DNA from: Callorhinchus milii
Taxonomy: Eukaryota
DNA length: 64,000 nucleotides
Direction: 5' to 3'
Assembly: GCF_018977255.1 (NCBI RefSeq)
Contig: NW_024704742.1
Location: forward strand, 100,566,001 to 100,630,000
The notes beneath the pieces were generated by a model, which worked only from the letters and a program-made list of their open reading frames with translations, ran no database searches and was not told the DNA's origin. This document shows positions 36,576 through 48,834 of the stretch, one piece after another; position 1 is the stretch's first letter; each line of letters opens with the position of its first letter. The position numbers and the translations under genes were made by a program.

Positions 36576-36996
36576 AATGCTAATTATACGACCACAATTT
36601 GTATTTAATTATGTGAAAATTCAGTAACAGATCTTCCAAGGATGAAACAGAAGTGTCATTCACAGCAAAATCTGAATTCCAGCACTGGCAATACATTTCA
36701 CTCTGCAAATTTTAAGACAGTAGTGTTCAATTCAGCAACTACTGCAGAATTTCATTCCACAGTCCAGTTCATTCTGACTGGATCATGCCATGCAGCTGGT
36801 TAACAAAATACAATAAGATGAAGGGGATCTATTAACCACTGCTGCAATACAGTATTACATTACATTATAGTGGTTATTGGGTGGAATTTTGTATTCAGCA
36901 CTCTTCATGTAGAATCCAGTTGTAAACAAGAGAGTCAGGCCACATTTCATCATCTGATCCAGATCACCATTACGTCGTCTGATTCAGATTACAGCT

Positions 36997-37047
36997 TCAT
37001 GCTATTGCTTTGGCTTCAGGCAGGAATGCCTCCCAATATTTAATCAA
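36997..37047 (-). CDS. SNX2: SNX2 exon 15 coding part, stop TGA
   Basis: LIKYWEAFLPEAKAIA*, the SNX2-type C-terminus; acceptor ttttcag. Exons 2-15 sum to 1446 nt = 481 codons + stop. Confidence 0.97.
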   Translation of the reverse strand: MIKYWEAFLPEAKAIA

Positions 37048-37353
37048 CTGAAAATAAAAATTAAAAGATTAGCACATGCACAGTATTTCCAGGAAGCAAC
37101 TCAGAGGTCAGCTGCTAAACAAAGCACCCAGGAAGTGAAGTCAACCCGACTACTTAGAACTACCAGCGCATTTGCATGCTGTCAGTGCTCAGCAAGTAAC
37201 AGTGGCAACCTGGAAATTGGTCATTTCTGTGCTTTGTTCCAATGTGTGGCCCAGTACATTGCAACCAATTGAAATATGAACCAATATTTCTCCTAGATAT
37301 AGAGGGGATCCACACTTACTACATTCTAAGGCCATCCAGTTACTTCAAACTGT

Positions 37354-37504
37354 GGGTCCATTAAATTTATTTGGTAGATGGGTGGGCACAGTGGGCAGAC
37401 TCAGAAGCTATTGGAAGTTGATACTGGGTTTCCAACTTCCCAGTATTAAGAACCTCCTGTTGTCCACAGTGCCCACCCATCTACCAATTAAACTTAATGG
37501 ACCC
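37354..37504. mobile_element. MITE-like element, 151 bp, 44-bp terminal inverted repeats
   Basis: gggtccattaaatttatttggtagatgggtgggcacagtgggca vs reverse complement of the right end gggtccattaagtttaattggtagatgggtgggcactgtggaca (40/44). Confidence 0.8.
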
Positions 37505-37506
37505 TC

Positions 37507-37877
37507 GTGGAGTCCTGTAGCTCAGTGCACTCGCTAGAGCACTCGCCTCGCAAGTGAGAGACCTGGGTTCGATTCCCGGCAGGGTGAAATGTTGGCCATG
37601 TTTCCTTACTCCGCACGCCTGTTTACCTAGCAGAAAGTAGCAACCCGGTTGTTAGTTGAATAGCGGATCGCTTTTCCGAGGGTAATAATTCCTTCAAAAA
37701 AAATATAATTATCCCACAATCCACGGATGTTTGTGGGACACTGCTGTGCGCAGTGGGCTGCTGTGTTTCACCCACAAAATATACAGTCAATTCACTTTAC
37801 AGTATATTCTGTGAAGTGCTTTGAGACGTCTCGAAGACGAGATAAGGTGCTATATCAAATGCAAGGATTATTATTAT
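37507..37877 (+). mobile_element. tRNA-derived SINE, long subfamily
   Basis: Head, extra ~60-nt central segment, (tta)n tail. Confidence 0.9.
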
Positions 37878-38168
37878 TGTACATAATTTAAAACTGTATT
37901 AGTCAGCTCCCTCAAGACAGATTTCTAACTGTCCTCTGAATTTAGGGAGCGCAGGGAGGCAAGTGGCATTTCTGGCTTCAAGGCGACCAATCCGGCAAAG
38001 GAAGAATGGAACAAACATAATTTTTTGGTAGACAGGTGATTCAAAATTTGAGCCAGGCAGTTCTCGACAACAACAACTTGCACTCATATAAACACCCTCC
38101 ACGCAGGGAAGTGTCTCAGAGCGCTTCTCACCTCAGCTACTGATAACATCAATCTACATTGAAGCCAG

Positions 38169-38481
38169 TAATAATAATCCTTGCATTTGATATAGCGCTT
38201 TTCACGTCTTCTCGACGTCTCAAAGCACTTCACAGAATAGACTGTAAAGTGAATTGACTGTATATTTGTGGGCGAAACACGGCAGCTAATTGTGCACAGC
38301 AGTGTCCCACAAACAGTCGTGGATTGAAAATGACCAATTCATTATTGTTTTGTTTTTTGGAGTGATTATTATGAGGTGTGTGGAGTAAGGAAACTTGCCC
38401 AAGGTTTCGCCTGCCTGGAATTGAACCCAGGTGTCTCGCTTGCAAGATGAGTGCTCTAACCACTGAGCTACAGGACTCCAC
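38169..38481 (-). mobile_element. tRNA-derived SINE, full length
   Basis: Reverse complement of the family consensus. Confidence 0.92.
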
Positions 38482-38489
38482 AAAACTCT

Positions 38490-39205
38490 GGGGAAGCTCT
38501 GTGTCATTTTTGACTCTCAATTATCCTTTAAACCTCACATCTGTGCTCTGACCCATTCAGCTGTCCCCCACTTCCGCAGCATCGCCCATCTCCACCACGA
38601 CCTCTCCCCTTGGGTCATCAAAAGTTTTATCCATGCTTTTAGCACATCCAGGATTGACCATGCCAACTCTCTGCTCACTGAACTTCCCAACTCTTTCCTC
38701 CACAAATTGTAGACCATCCAGAACTCTGCAGCTCGTATCCTCTCCCTCACTAAGTTGTGCAAGCCTATCACCCCCATCCTTGCCTGGCTCCATATCCCCT
38801 GAAAATCGAGTTCAAGATCCTGATCCTTACTTTTAAATCCCTCCCCTGTATTGCCCTACCTTGCCTCTGTGATCTAAGATTCTACTAACCCACCTACTCC
38901 CTCCACTAAACAGGCACTGACCTGCTTTACATCCCCCCAACCTGCGTGTCCCACCAATGATGGTCAGGCTTTCAGCCCTTCTGTGCCCAGTTTCTAGAAC
39001 TCCATCCCAGAGTTCCTTTGCCTTACCCCTTCCCTTGTCTCTTTCAAGGTTGGTCCCAAGACCTTCCTCCTTGACTGTGCCTTTGACCCCACCACCCCCT
39101 TGGCCATCTTCCCTCCCAAATCCAACCCCCAGCTCAGGTGAAAACCCTCGATTGTCCTGCGCCTTGAGATATCCTCCCAGCAAGAAAGATGCTTATATAA
39201 ATACA
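38490..39205 (+). mobile_element. L2 3' fragment, degenerate
   Basis: atccatgcttttagcacatccaggattgacc, cagaactctgcagct, tail. Confidence 0.85.
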
Positions 39206-39330
39206 ATTTGTCGGGCTTGTTATTTCGAGCCACTGACAACAGACCAACCTATGTGGCTCATCCATGTGACTTGGTAGGGTAATGTCATGTGACTGGGAAC
39301 AAGATTCTTACTACTTGGTTCCTGATGACC

Positions 39331-39521
39331 CTTCCTGCGGGTCAACGCTTCCTGCAAGTCAACGCTTCCTGCAAGTCAACGCTTCCTGCAAGTCAACGCT
39401 TCCTGCAAGTCAACGCTTCCTGCAAGTCAACGCTTCCTGCAGGTCAACGCTTCCTGCGGGTCAACGCTTCCTGCAAGTCAACGCTTCCTGCAAGTCAACG
39501 CTTCCTGCAAGTCAACCCTTC
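39331..39521. repeat. 17-bp minisatellite, 11 copies
   Basis: Unit gtcaacgcttcctgcaa; gtcaac recurs every 17 nt from 39341 to 39511. Confidence 0.95.
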
Positions 39522-39858
39522 TATTCTGGGAAGTGCTTTGAGAAGTCTTGAATGCAAGGATTATCATATTATTAATGCTCTAACAAATCATCAGTCCATG
39601 CTTCAAATGAGCCATCTGATCCAAACAAACCTACATGCTGTATTACCCACTTCCTGGGCACCCCCGTCTGCACCCAGGCATCAGCCCCTTTGATGAAAAT
39701 GAAAAATCTATTGCTGATATCACTGGATGGTGTGAATTAAGTTTTCACAATTCTCCCCAAAAAGCCGGATTAAAAAAATTCCAAGACGGAAAGAGCACAT
39801 TTCCCAAAGTTCTTCCCCAGGACTTCCATTTTATCATCATTACTGTTCTGGTATTTAC

Positions 39859-39930
39859 CTGTTGCTGTGTTTGTACTAAAGATTCCAAGTACTTGATTAT
39901 AACAGTTTTGAAGTCTTTTACTCTTTCTTT
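39859..39930 (-). CDS. SNX2: SNX2 exon 14 (72 nt)
   Basis: KERVKDFKTVIIKYLESLVQTQQQ; tgcag/gtaaat. Confidence 0.96.
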
Positions 39931-39984
39931 CTGCAGAATAGAAAAAACAAGATTCTCATTAATTGAGCTAATCATTAGTTATAA

Positions 39985-41290
39985 TTAGGGAAGGTTAGAG
40001 AAAAACTCAACTACAGACCTGTCCGTTATCAGTTGTGGGAAAATTACTTGAGTGCGTCATCAGAAACAGATTAACTGAACACTTAGACAAATATAAGCCG
40101 CATCAAAGTGTCAGCATGAATATCTGAAGGGTAGGTCATGCCTGAATAATCTAGTGGAATTTTGAGGTCACAAATATAAGGAAGGATCCATGAATGTTAT
40201 CTTGATAAAATTTCAGACTGAATTTTATAAAGTTCCACTTAAGAGGTTATTAGCTAAAATTAAGGCACATAAAATTTATGTTTCGGACCTAATTTTATGT
40301 AACATTTAAGTTCAAAACACTGACTGTCTAGCACCTTGGGACGTCCTCCCGACGTGAAAGGCACTATACAAATGTTGTTGTAAAATTGTAAGAAACTCCA
40401 TGGATTGTTATTTAGTTGGGAAGTAGGAGGCTGATTACCTCATAGCTGACTGGGAGCCCTGCAGAGAAAAGGAATAAAAGACATTCTCTGACTGGCAGGA
40501 AGTAACAAGTGGTAATACCCTCGGATTTGTACTTTGCCTCAACTTTTCACCATATACTGTACATTAATGACCTTGCTAAAGGGGTAGAGGGGAATATTTC
40601 CAAGTCTGTACAAACAATTGTAAAGATCAAAGCCTTAAATTATGAATTAGACAGATTAGGTGTGCGGGTATTACTAGCAAAAAGAGCATGGGAAGCTCCA
40701 CTTGGGATCCAAGAAAGAAATCAAAATATACTCTGAATGGAGAAAGACAAGTTGTGGGTTTAGGCGTGCAGGTTTACTGAAAGTACTGAAATCCAGTTTG
40801 CAGATACAAAAAGCAATCACAAAAGCTAATTGGATAATTGGAATTCAGAGGGTAAAAAAAGTGATGCTTCAGTTGTACAGAGCCCTTGCTCAGACCTGAT
40901 CCATAACAGTGCATTCAGTTTCAGGAATCATTCCTCAAGAAAGGTTTTGGAGGATGTGCAGCCAAGATTCACCAGAATGGTACCTGAAGTGGCTAAATTG
41001 TGAGAGTTATTTTCCCTTGAAGGTTGAGGGGTGATCTGATGTTTAAAATGAATAAAGGATTTAAGGTAAGAATGTTTTCCTCCAGTAGGGACCATCTTAA
41101 AATTATAACTAAATCAATTAAGAGTGATATCATAAAGCAAATATTTGTGGAAATGTGGAATTCACTGCCTCCAAAAATTGTAGAAGTTGGGCCAACTGGA
41201 ATATGTAATAGGGAGATGGATTAATATTTGATAGGCAGGGGTATCAAGGCACATTGTGAAAAGGCAGGGAAATAGTATTAAGTTGCAGGT
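39985..41290 (+). mobile_element. Degenerate CR1 ORF2 fragment
   Basis: aactacagacctgtc (NYRPV), ggtaggtcatgcctgaataatcta (GRSCL.NL), YINDLAKG, EMWNSLP. Confidence 0.8.
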
Positions 41291-41350
41291 TTAGATCTCT
41301 TTCTATCTTGTTTAAATCTCTCAGAACAGGCTCCAGAATTTCATATATAC

Positions 41351-41431
41351 CTCAAATCGTCCTATTTCCTTTCGAATGGTTTTTGAGATCTGTTCAAAGT
41401 CACGCTCTCCTTGCTGCACTCTCGCTTCCCA
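41351..41431 (-). CDS. SNX2: SNX2 exon 13 (81 nt)
   Basis: WEARVQQGERDFEQISKTIRKEIGRFE; ccacag/gtatat. Confidence 0.96.
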
Positions 41432-44400
41432 CTGTGGAACCAAAAAAATCACAATCACAAACATATCAAGCTATTAATGATACTCAGTGCAATTAATAGC
41501 TTGACACAAGCTACTCAATGCAAAAACATTTGCCAGCAATATCACCAGTTATGATTACCCATCAAAAGTGCCACACCCACTTTTGAACAGCCACCAAGGA
41601 AATTTCAGCAACTTACAACACAAAAGACTGCATTTAAATCTCTGGATAAAGATGAGATTGACATTACATAACATTTCCCTTGATTAGCAAGTAGGTCTGA
41701 ATTACTATTTTATAAAATGTAGGGGGGCACGGTTAAATATGTTCAATGAAGATATTTGGATTGTACCAGAGCAATGCCATTTACAACAAAATTAGGCAGT
41801 GACCCAAAAAGTTTGTTAGTGGGACATTAAACTGTAGGAGACACTACAGCCAAGCCAGATGCTGTCCTCACCAGATAGCTAAACAAAAAAGATTAGAAAA
41901 GGTTTTGAGAAGATAAATTGTAATATTCCAGCTTGTTGGTATCTGCAACGAGGGAGCATTAAGTTCAGCATTGTCACTGGAATTAATGGAAATTAGAATC
42001 ACATTGACAAGGCTACAACATTATAATGCCTCCACTCCTCCCCCACCACCCAGTTGAGCATCGCATTCGCTTATAATGGTCTACTGTGGAGCAATGCGTT
42101 CCTAGAAGTGCTATATACCTGATAAGAAATGGAGCTCTTTTAGCACAAATTTAAGTCAAAATTTTAAATTTGATTATTAGGTCAACTTCAATATACAATA
42201 GTTGCAAAATTCTAACAATTTTTTTTAATAATTAGTGCTAATGTACAGCTGTGTTCCAGTAAAGCAACAACATTGTTAAACAGTCACTCAAAAATGTATG
42301 ACTCCACAAGATGCAAAGGGTTGAAGAGATTTAGCAAAGATTTCATTCAAGGCAGGTTTACCTAGTCAACTATCTTCTTATTTAAGATAACTTTAAAATG
42401 ATCAATTGCTTGTTTTTAATCTGCACAATTTATAAAGGGCAATGTCACCTGGCAGGCTCCATCAAAACATTCAATAATTCATTGCCAGGGGACAGACATT
42501 TTGTTTGAGAGACTCGCCATGTTTCTGTTGCACAGAATTCCCCAGAGCTGCTTCTCAAATGCCCAGCCTATTTTTAGATGCTGAAAATTTGAAGATAATG
42601 TGCTGTATTTTGCAAAGAGATACACCAAATTTTGTCAGGTCTTATGGATTTTTACAGCTTGTACCTTCCATAAAGGTCTATTAACATACATTGTGCAAAA
42701 ACGTTAGGGAATTATATTGCAGCTCAATTACAAACTTAAGAAATGAATTACTTTATGCAGAAGGATCATGGAAATTGTTTTAAAATAAAATATTTGTACT
42801 CAAAAAATGTTGGAATACACAAAATTTTAAATTCCTAAAATTAGAACTTTACAAGTTTCTGTAAAGTCTAGGTGAATAAAATGCAAACTGTGTTAAACCA
42901 ACAGAAAACTATAACTTGCAACAAATGCACTACATGAACAAGTTGAGAATATCTTTTGAGAATACTCAACCGAGAGATGTTTAATTAAATGAACACCATT
43001 GCAATCCTCCTACTTCCTTAGCGACAAGGTTATGGGGAAAGGACAGGTAATTGGGACTGAAAGAATTACTTTTAAGTGAGCCAGCACAGACACAATGGGC
43101 TGAATGGCCTCTTCTGTGCCGTAAATTTCTACGATTCTATATCCTTGCATAGAACATTGCAAAATAGCTATGCAACTTTTTCCTCTTTCCCCTTTCCGTA
43201 AAAAAGTGGCTTCTAAACTGTTCCAATGTCTAAGACTTGATCTTGTAGTATTGGCCTTATTCTTGGGTAAGATACAAGGTTCCCAGTACGAGATTCTTCC
43301 CACACCTGTTTTTTTATCCTTCATTTGCATCAGAAATGTTTGCATCCTCCTCTATTTTAATACTGCAGCAATCACCATTTCACCAACTTTTCCCCATATA
43401 AATTAGCACAATAGGCTGCTATTTGGTCCATTTCTTTGCATCAGTGATTTTTCCTCCAAGAAGCCATATATCTTAACCCCAATTTCCTGCTTTCCTCATA
43501 CTCGAATAACCGTCCCCTCCATATTCCTTCCAGTCGTCAAATACAACACCTTCTTTCTTCCTTAATGTCTGAAGTCAACTCAGAAATCTCTAAATCTAAT
43601 CTATTTTATGAGATTTCACAACAATCTTGTACACTTTTAAAAATCTAAGCTTAGCATTCGTTCACTACTTCTTTTTACCGTCACCTGAAACCATACTTTG
43701 TATGCTCAAGCTCAAATATAAGATTAATTGCGAAGCCAGTGTTCCTTAATAGGTTAATAGGTCAGGAATAAGCTCTGCCTTGCCCATTAAATCCCCAGGT
43801 CTCTCTGTATAGTACTTTAAGCTACTCAAGATGAATTGATCCAGGCTTCACCAGCTAAATAAGATGGAACACTCAATACAATCGCAAGTGTTCCATTTCT
43901 GTCCATGTAAATACTTTAAAAAAATTAAAACTATTCAATTTCTGTCTCCCCAAAAATTGCTCATCTTTACTAAATATGACTTAAATGAACACGCAAACTT
44001 AAGACACTTCTGGTGTTATATTTGGGAATTGTTTAAAGAAAAAATGAGCTATACATTAGTCAGTAGCATACCTAAAAACATGTACCAGCCTTGTGTTGAT
44101 TAAGTTAAAATTAATTTATTAATAACATCCCCAAAAACTAATTTTCACAATCTTTCACTAAGTACTGCACTCAGTAAAAAAGTTGTATTTGGGAATTTTC
44201 CAAAACATTTACAGTTGTGGGAACTTGAGTAATGCAACTAAATCCCAATTTAAATTCAAAATGTTTAGTTTGGTAATCAGTTAGGATGTCCAATTGTAAG
44301 TCTTCTGTCCAAAATGAGGCAAAATTTAAGGTGACTTGCAACTTTACTCTCATGTCCCCAAAATGTAGCTTCAGTTTTAAGAATGGAGATATCCCTTTCA

Positions 44401-44820
44401 AATGTTATATTCTGCAATCTGTGGATCAAGTTAAATTAGTTTCATTTTTAACAAGCATTTAAATAACATTCTGTAAAAAAACTTCAGTAATTGTACTATA
44501 ATTACTAGAACCATAGAAAACTTCCTACCTCCTCAATTTCCTTTGTGAAGCAGGGCAAAACAAATTATACAAATTAAGATGAGGTTCTCATTTTAACACC
44601 CAACTCCATTTCATTGGCCCAAAAAGTGGTTGTCAGAGATTTTATTCAATTATATTAAAAATGATCACTTTTAATTTGAAAGTTGAAATAAAGTTTGAGG
44701 AAGGGAGTTGGAGTATAAATGCTATTGTAACTTGCAAAGGATTAAAACCAAGGAGAAATAACTCTTTAGAAGATATGCAGCAAGACAGTTAAGTAAACAG
44801 TGATATAGGGCAAGAACATT

Positions 44821-45131
44821 AATCATAATAATCCTTGCATTTGATATAGCGCTTTTCACGTCTTCGAGACGTCCCAAAGCGCTTCACAGAATATACTGTA
44901 AAGTGAATTGACTGTATATTTGTGAGCGAACGCGGCATGCAATTGCGCACAGCAATGTCGCACAAACAGTCGTGGATTGAAAATGACCAATTTATTATTG
45001 TTTTTTGTTTTGGGGGGATTATTATTAGGCGTGTGGAGTAAGGAAAGTTGCCCAAGGTTTCGCCCTGGAATTGAACTCAGGTCTCTCGCTTGCAAAGCGA
45101 GTGCTCTAACCACTGAGCTACAGGGCTCCAC
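44821..45131 (-). mobile_element. tRNA-derived SINE, full length
   Basis: Reverse complement of the family consensus. Confidence 0.92.
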
Positions 45132-46680
45132 ATGTATACTCAGCTCTTCTCTCCTGTTCACTACAAAGCCCTACCATGCATCTTGTTTACACCATACTAG
45201 CTAATTTTGATGCTTGTTTTTGAATATCAAACTATTCTGAAGGTTTTTCTACAGCAGAAGACGAGCATGCACAGCTTTATTTTGCAGGATGCATAAAAAC
45301 AGAAGGTTTTGCATGCTCTGTTATATTTACTATACAGTGATGCTTCACATCAATTATGGTTCACTGAAGTAGTAGGAAACAGTTGTCATAAATAAGAAGG
45401 TATAGGTTCAGGGCTGTGAAGGGCAATATTAGGACAGATACCAGTAAGTAGTCTTTATGCATAACAGTAATAAACAGCTGGAACAGATTAATAACATGGG
45501 TGATCAAGATAAAAATACTGGACTCATTTAAGGCACAATTTGATAGAGAAGTTGGTTTCCTGTAAAGATACAATTGATCGACCAATGGGTATTCTTAAGG
45601 ATTTAAAAAAAATAGATGCAGTTTTAATGCGTTGGGGTGCCCTCCTGATGTGAAAGGCACTGTAGAAATGCAATTTGTTGTTTTTTGGATGAAAGTCAAT
45701 TGGAAAAAAAAACTATTTTCTCCTGAATTTCAAATACTGAATTTGCTGATTTTGATCAGAATCTGTAATTGTGCATCCACATATCGAAACTTGCCTTACT
45801 TTGTGTTAAATCTCTCCACCCCTGGATTTTCTCTAGTTGACAGAAAAAAATGGCCAAAACAGAGGGATTTATTTTGTGAATAAAAACAACTAATGATATA
45901 CTTAGATATTATTTATCTTAACATCTCTCGTCAGCCATTGTTCCATATACATAGCAAAATGTAATATGTATAAAAGTTTAAAGGTTACTACAATTGGGTA
46001 CCTAGACATGATTTTGGAAATGAACCACAAATAAAATGACCAGACATAAAATAAAGCTACATTCTTTTCAGTTCCAAGCTTTGTATCTATGCACTTTATC
46101 AATTGGTCAGTACAATTTTAATTTATAGGTACAATTCCAAATTTTTGCAAGAGGTTTATTTAAATTGTTTGATTCATATGGTATAAAACGAGTTTTAAGA
46201 AAAGTTTTAAGGTAATATATTAAGGGAAAGGGTTTGTTAATTCATGAAAATTCAACAGATTTCACATTCTCACCCGTGACTGAAAGTTTGTTGCCTAAAT
46301 GCACATCAAGAGAAAACAGGTTTCAAAAGTAAAGCTGAAGCAAAATTAGAGTAACACAACCTTTTAAGTGTATGATGGTTATACTGAATCTTAACCAAAC
46401 AGAAATCTGTTGGCAGAATTTTTGATTCACGTGCACAAAGTCTGGTATAGTACTGAGCTTTGGAGAAAAACCTAATTGCCAATCTGTAGTGAGGTTGTTG
46501 ATCACATCTCTACCGATACAGGTTCTACAGCTGGCCTCAATATCCCAGGTTTGAGGAAAGGGAAGAGGAAAAATTCCTGTAATGTCTAATCCAATAACAC
46601 GTGCTGAAAAGTACACATCCACTGATACTCCCTCCACCCACCATTAGCATATTTTGGGGCATTAAAACAGTACCTCGATA

Positions 46681-47250
46681 ACAACAACAACTTGCATTTA
46701 TATAGTGCCCTCCACGCAGGGTAGCATCTCAGAGCACTTAACAGTGGCGGAGCCTGTCACTGAGCCGGAGTTCGGGGGCTGGTGGTGATCGTAATCAGTC
46801 GAAAAGGAAGGTTTTCAGGCGGGACTTGAAAAAGGGGAGGGAGCAAGGCGGAGGGATTAAGGGAGAGTGTTCCAGAGTTTTGGGATGTAGTGGCTGAAAG
46901 TGCGACCTCCAATGGTGGAGCAGAGGGTACAAGGGAGAAGTCGGAGGCCGGTGCCAGTCAATTGGAGGCGTTGGGTGGTGAATTGAGGAGGCCTGAGGAG
47001 AGAGACTAGTTGACCGTGTCAGCCAGCAGAGGGGAGAGGGAGAATTGAGTGACCAGCAGCTGAGGGGGTGGGGGGGGAGGACAATACAGCCAAGTGGATG
47101 TTTTCAATTTTTGAGGCAAAGAAGTCTAGGACCTCTTCGCACTTGGCGTTTGATGTGAGGATAGAGAGAGCTAGAGGGGATGTACGGAGGTGGTAATGGA
47201 CGGTGGAAAACAGTGTCATTGAGTTGTTTTTGGCTTCCACAGCACCGAGT
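46681..47250 (-). mobile_element. L2 fragment(s)
   Basis: (gtt)n tail at 46681; CEEVLDFFASKIENI linker remnant. Confidence 0.8.
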
Positions 47251-47409
47251 CTTCAGGGCATTAAATATTGGATAATACTGGGAACTAATGTTTTAAGCAG
47301 TTTATTAGTCATACTGTTGTGCTTGAGCAAGTCAAACAATTTATGATATTGTATTTGTAGAAAATCACTTTTAATGGAAACATTTTTACTGAGTAATGTT
47401 TTTAGATGT

Positions 47410-47920
47410 CTGAAATCATCCAGAATTCTGCAACCCATGTCCTCTCCCGCACCAGACTCTGTGACCCTATCACCCCCACCCTTGCCCAACTCCACTGGCT
47501 TCCCATCACACAGCGGGTACAGTTCAAGATCCTGGTCCTCACCTTCAAAGTCCCCCATGGCCTTGCTCCCCCCTACCCCTGTGACCTCCTAACCTCCTTC
47601 CAACCTTCCCGCTCCCTCTGCTCAGCGGACTCCAGTCTGCTTCACGCCTCCCACCCCCCCCACCACCTCACCATTGGCGGGTGGGCCTTCAGCCACTCTG
47701 CCCTCACCCTCTGGAACTCCGTCCCGCAGTCCCTCTGCCTTGCCCCCTCCCTTGCCTCCTTCCAGACCCATCTCGAGATCCTCCTCTTCGACCATGCCTT
47801 CAATCACCCTCCTTCTCCCACTACCCTCCACCCTCCCTGATCCCGACCCCCAGCTCGGGTCCGAAACACTGATTGTCCAGCACCTTGGGACGTCCTCCCG
47901 ATGTGAAAGGCGCTACACAC
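47410..47920 (+). mobile_element. L2 3' fragment
   Basis: IQNSATHVLSRTRLCDPITPTLAQLHWLPITQRVQFKILVLTFK. Confidence 0.92.
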
Positions 47921-48239
47921 GTGGAGTCCTGTAGCTCAGTGGTTAGAGCACTCGCTTTACAAACGAGAGAGTTCTGAGTTCAATTCCAGGCAGGGCGAAA
48001 CCTTGGGCAAGTTTCCTTACTCCACACACCTAATAATAATCCCTCCAAAACAAAACAATAATAAATTGGTCATTTTCAATCCACGACTGTTTGTGCGACA
48101 TTGCTGTGCTCAATTGGCTGCTGTGTTCGCCCACAAATATACGGTCAATTCACTTTACAGTATATTCTGTGAAGCACTTTGAGACGTCTAGAAGATGCGA
48201 AAAGAACTATATCAAATGCAAAGATTATTATTATTATTA
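47921..48239 (+). mobile_element. tRNA-derived SINE inserted in an L2 3' tail
   Basis: L2 tail ggcgctacac precedes it and resumes as aaatgtaattttgctgttg after it. Confidence 0.92.
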
Positions 48240-48629
48240 CAAATGTAATTTTGCTGTTGTCGTATCATGTAATATATGCAAAATAGTTTGGAGATAATTA
48301 GGTTCTGCCACAGCACATCTTGAACTAAACCTACAACACTGTAAATCAGTGAGCACATGCAATTCATTTAACTTAAGTCAAATAGTTTGAACTAATGTGG
48401 ATTATACCCATCAGTATAGTTCAATGGAGATCATTTAATCTTCAAAACAGAAAAACTTTACCATAAAAAAGCAAAGTCCATTAGAAAATTTTATATGGAA
48501 AACAGAAATTTATGTTAGTTAACTCTAATAAAATAAGTATTATGTTGAAAGGATTAAGATGTGTAGCGAGAGATCCCATTCTAAACAGAGGACAGCTGGG
48601 TAGGGAGAAGAGAAAAAATAAATACTCAC

Positions 48630-48773
48630 TTCTCTAATCTCTTCTTTAGCCTGTTGCATTTTGTCAGGTTTATTTGCAAACTGGAGTTTGGCCTCCGCCT
48701 CCCTTTTTTTTTGCAGATTGGCTTGAGCATCCTGCCATTTCTGCCAGCATTTCATTCGATGGTCAAACACTCC
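48630..48773 (-). CDS. SNX2: SNX2 exon 12 (144 nt)
   Basis: [48 protein letters not shown]; tgtag/gtgagt. Confidence 0.97.
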
Positions 48774-48834
48774 CTACAGTAGAAAAGGAAAAAACATTTG
48801 AAGCACACATAAAAATTTGGAATTTTACAAATTC

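Noticed and set aside
36634..36692. SECIS or IRE in the duplicated 59-mer
   Set aside because: The ATGA...TGA motif is on the antisense strand and lacks a paired stem; CAGTGC on the sense strand is not flanked by a complementary 5-bp stem
39282..39693. ORFs with repeated STLPASQRFLQVNASCK
   Set aside because: Translation of the 17-bp tandem repeat
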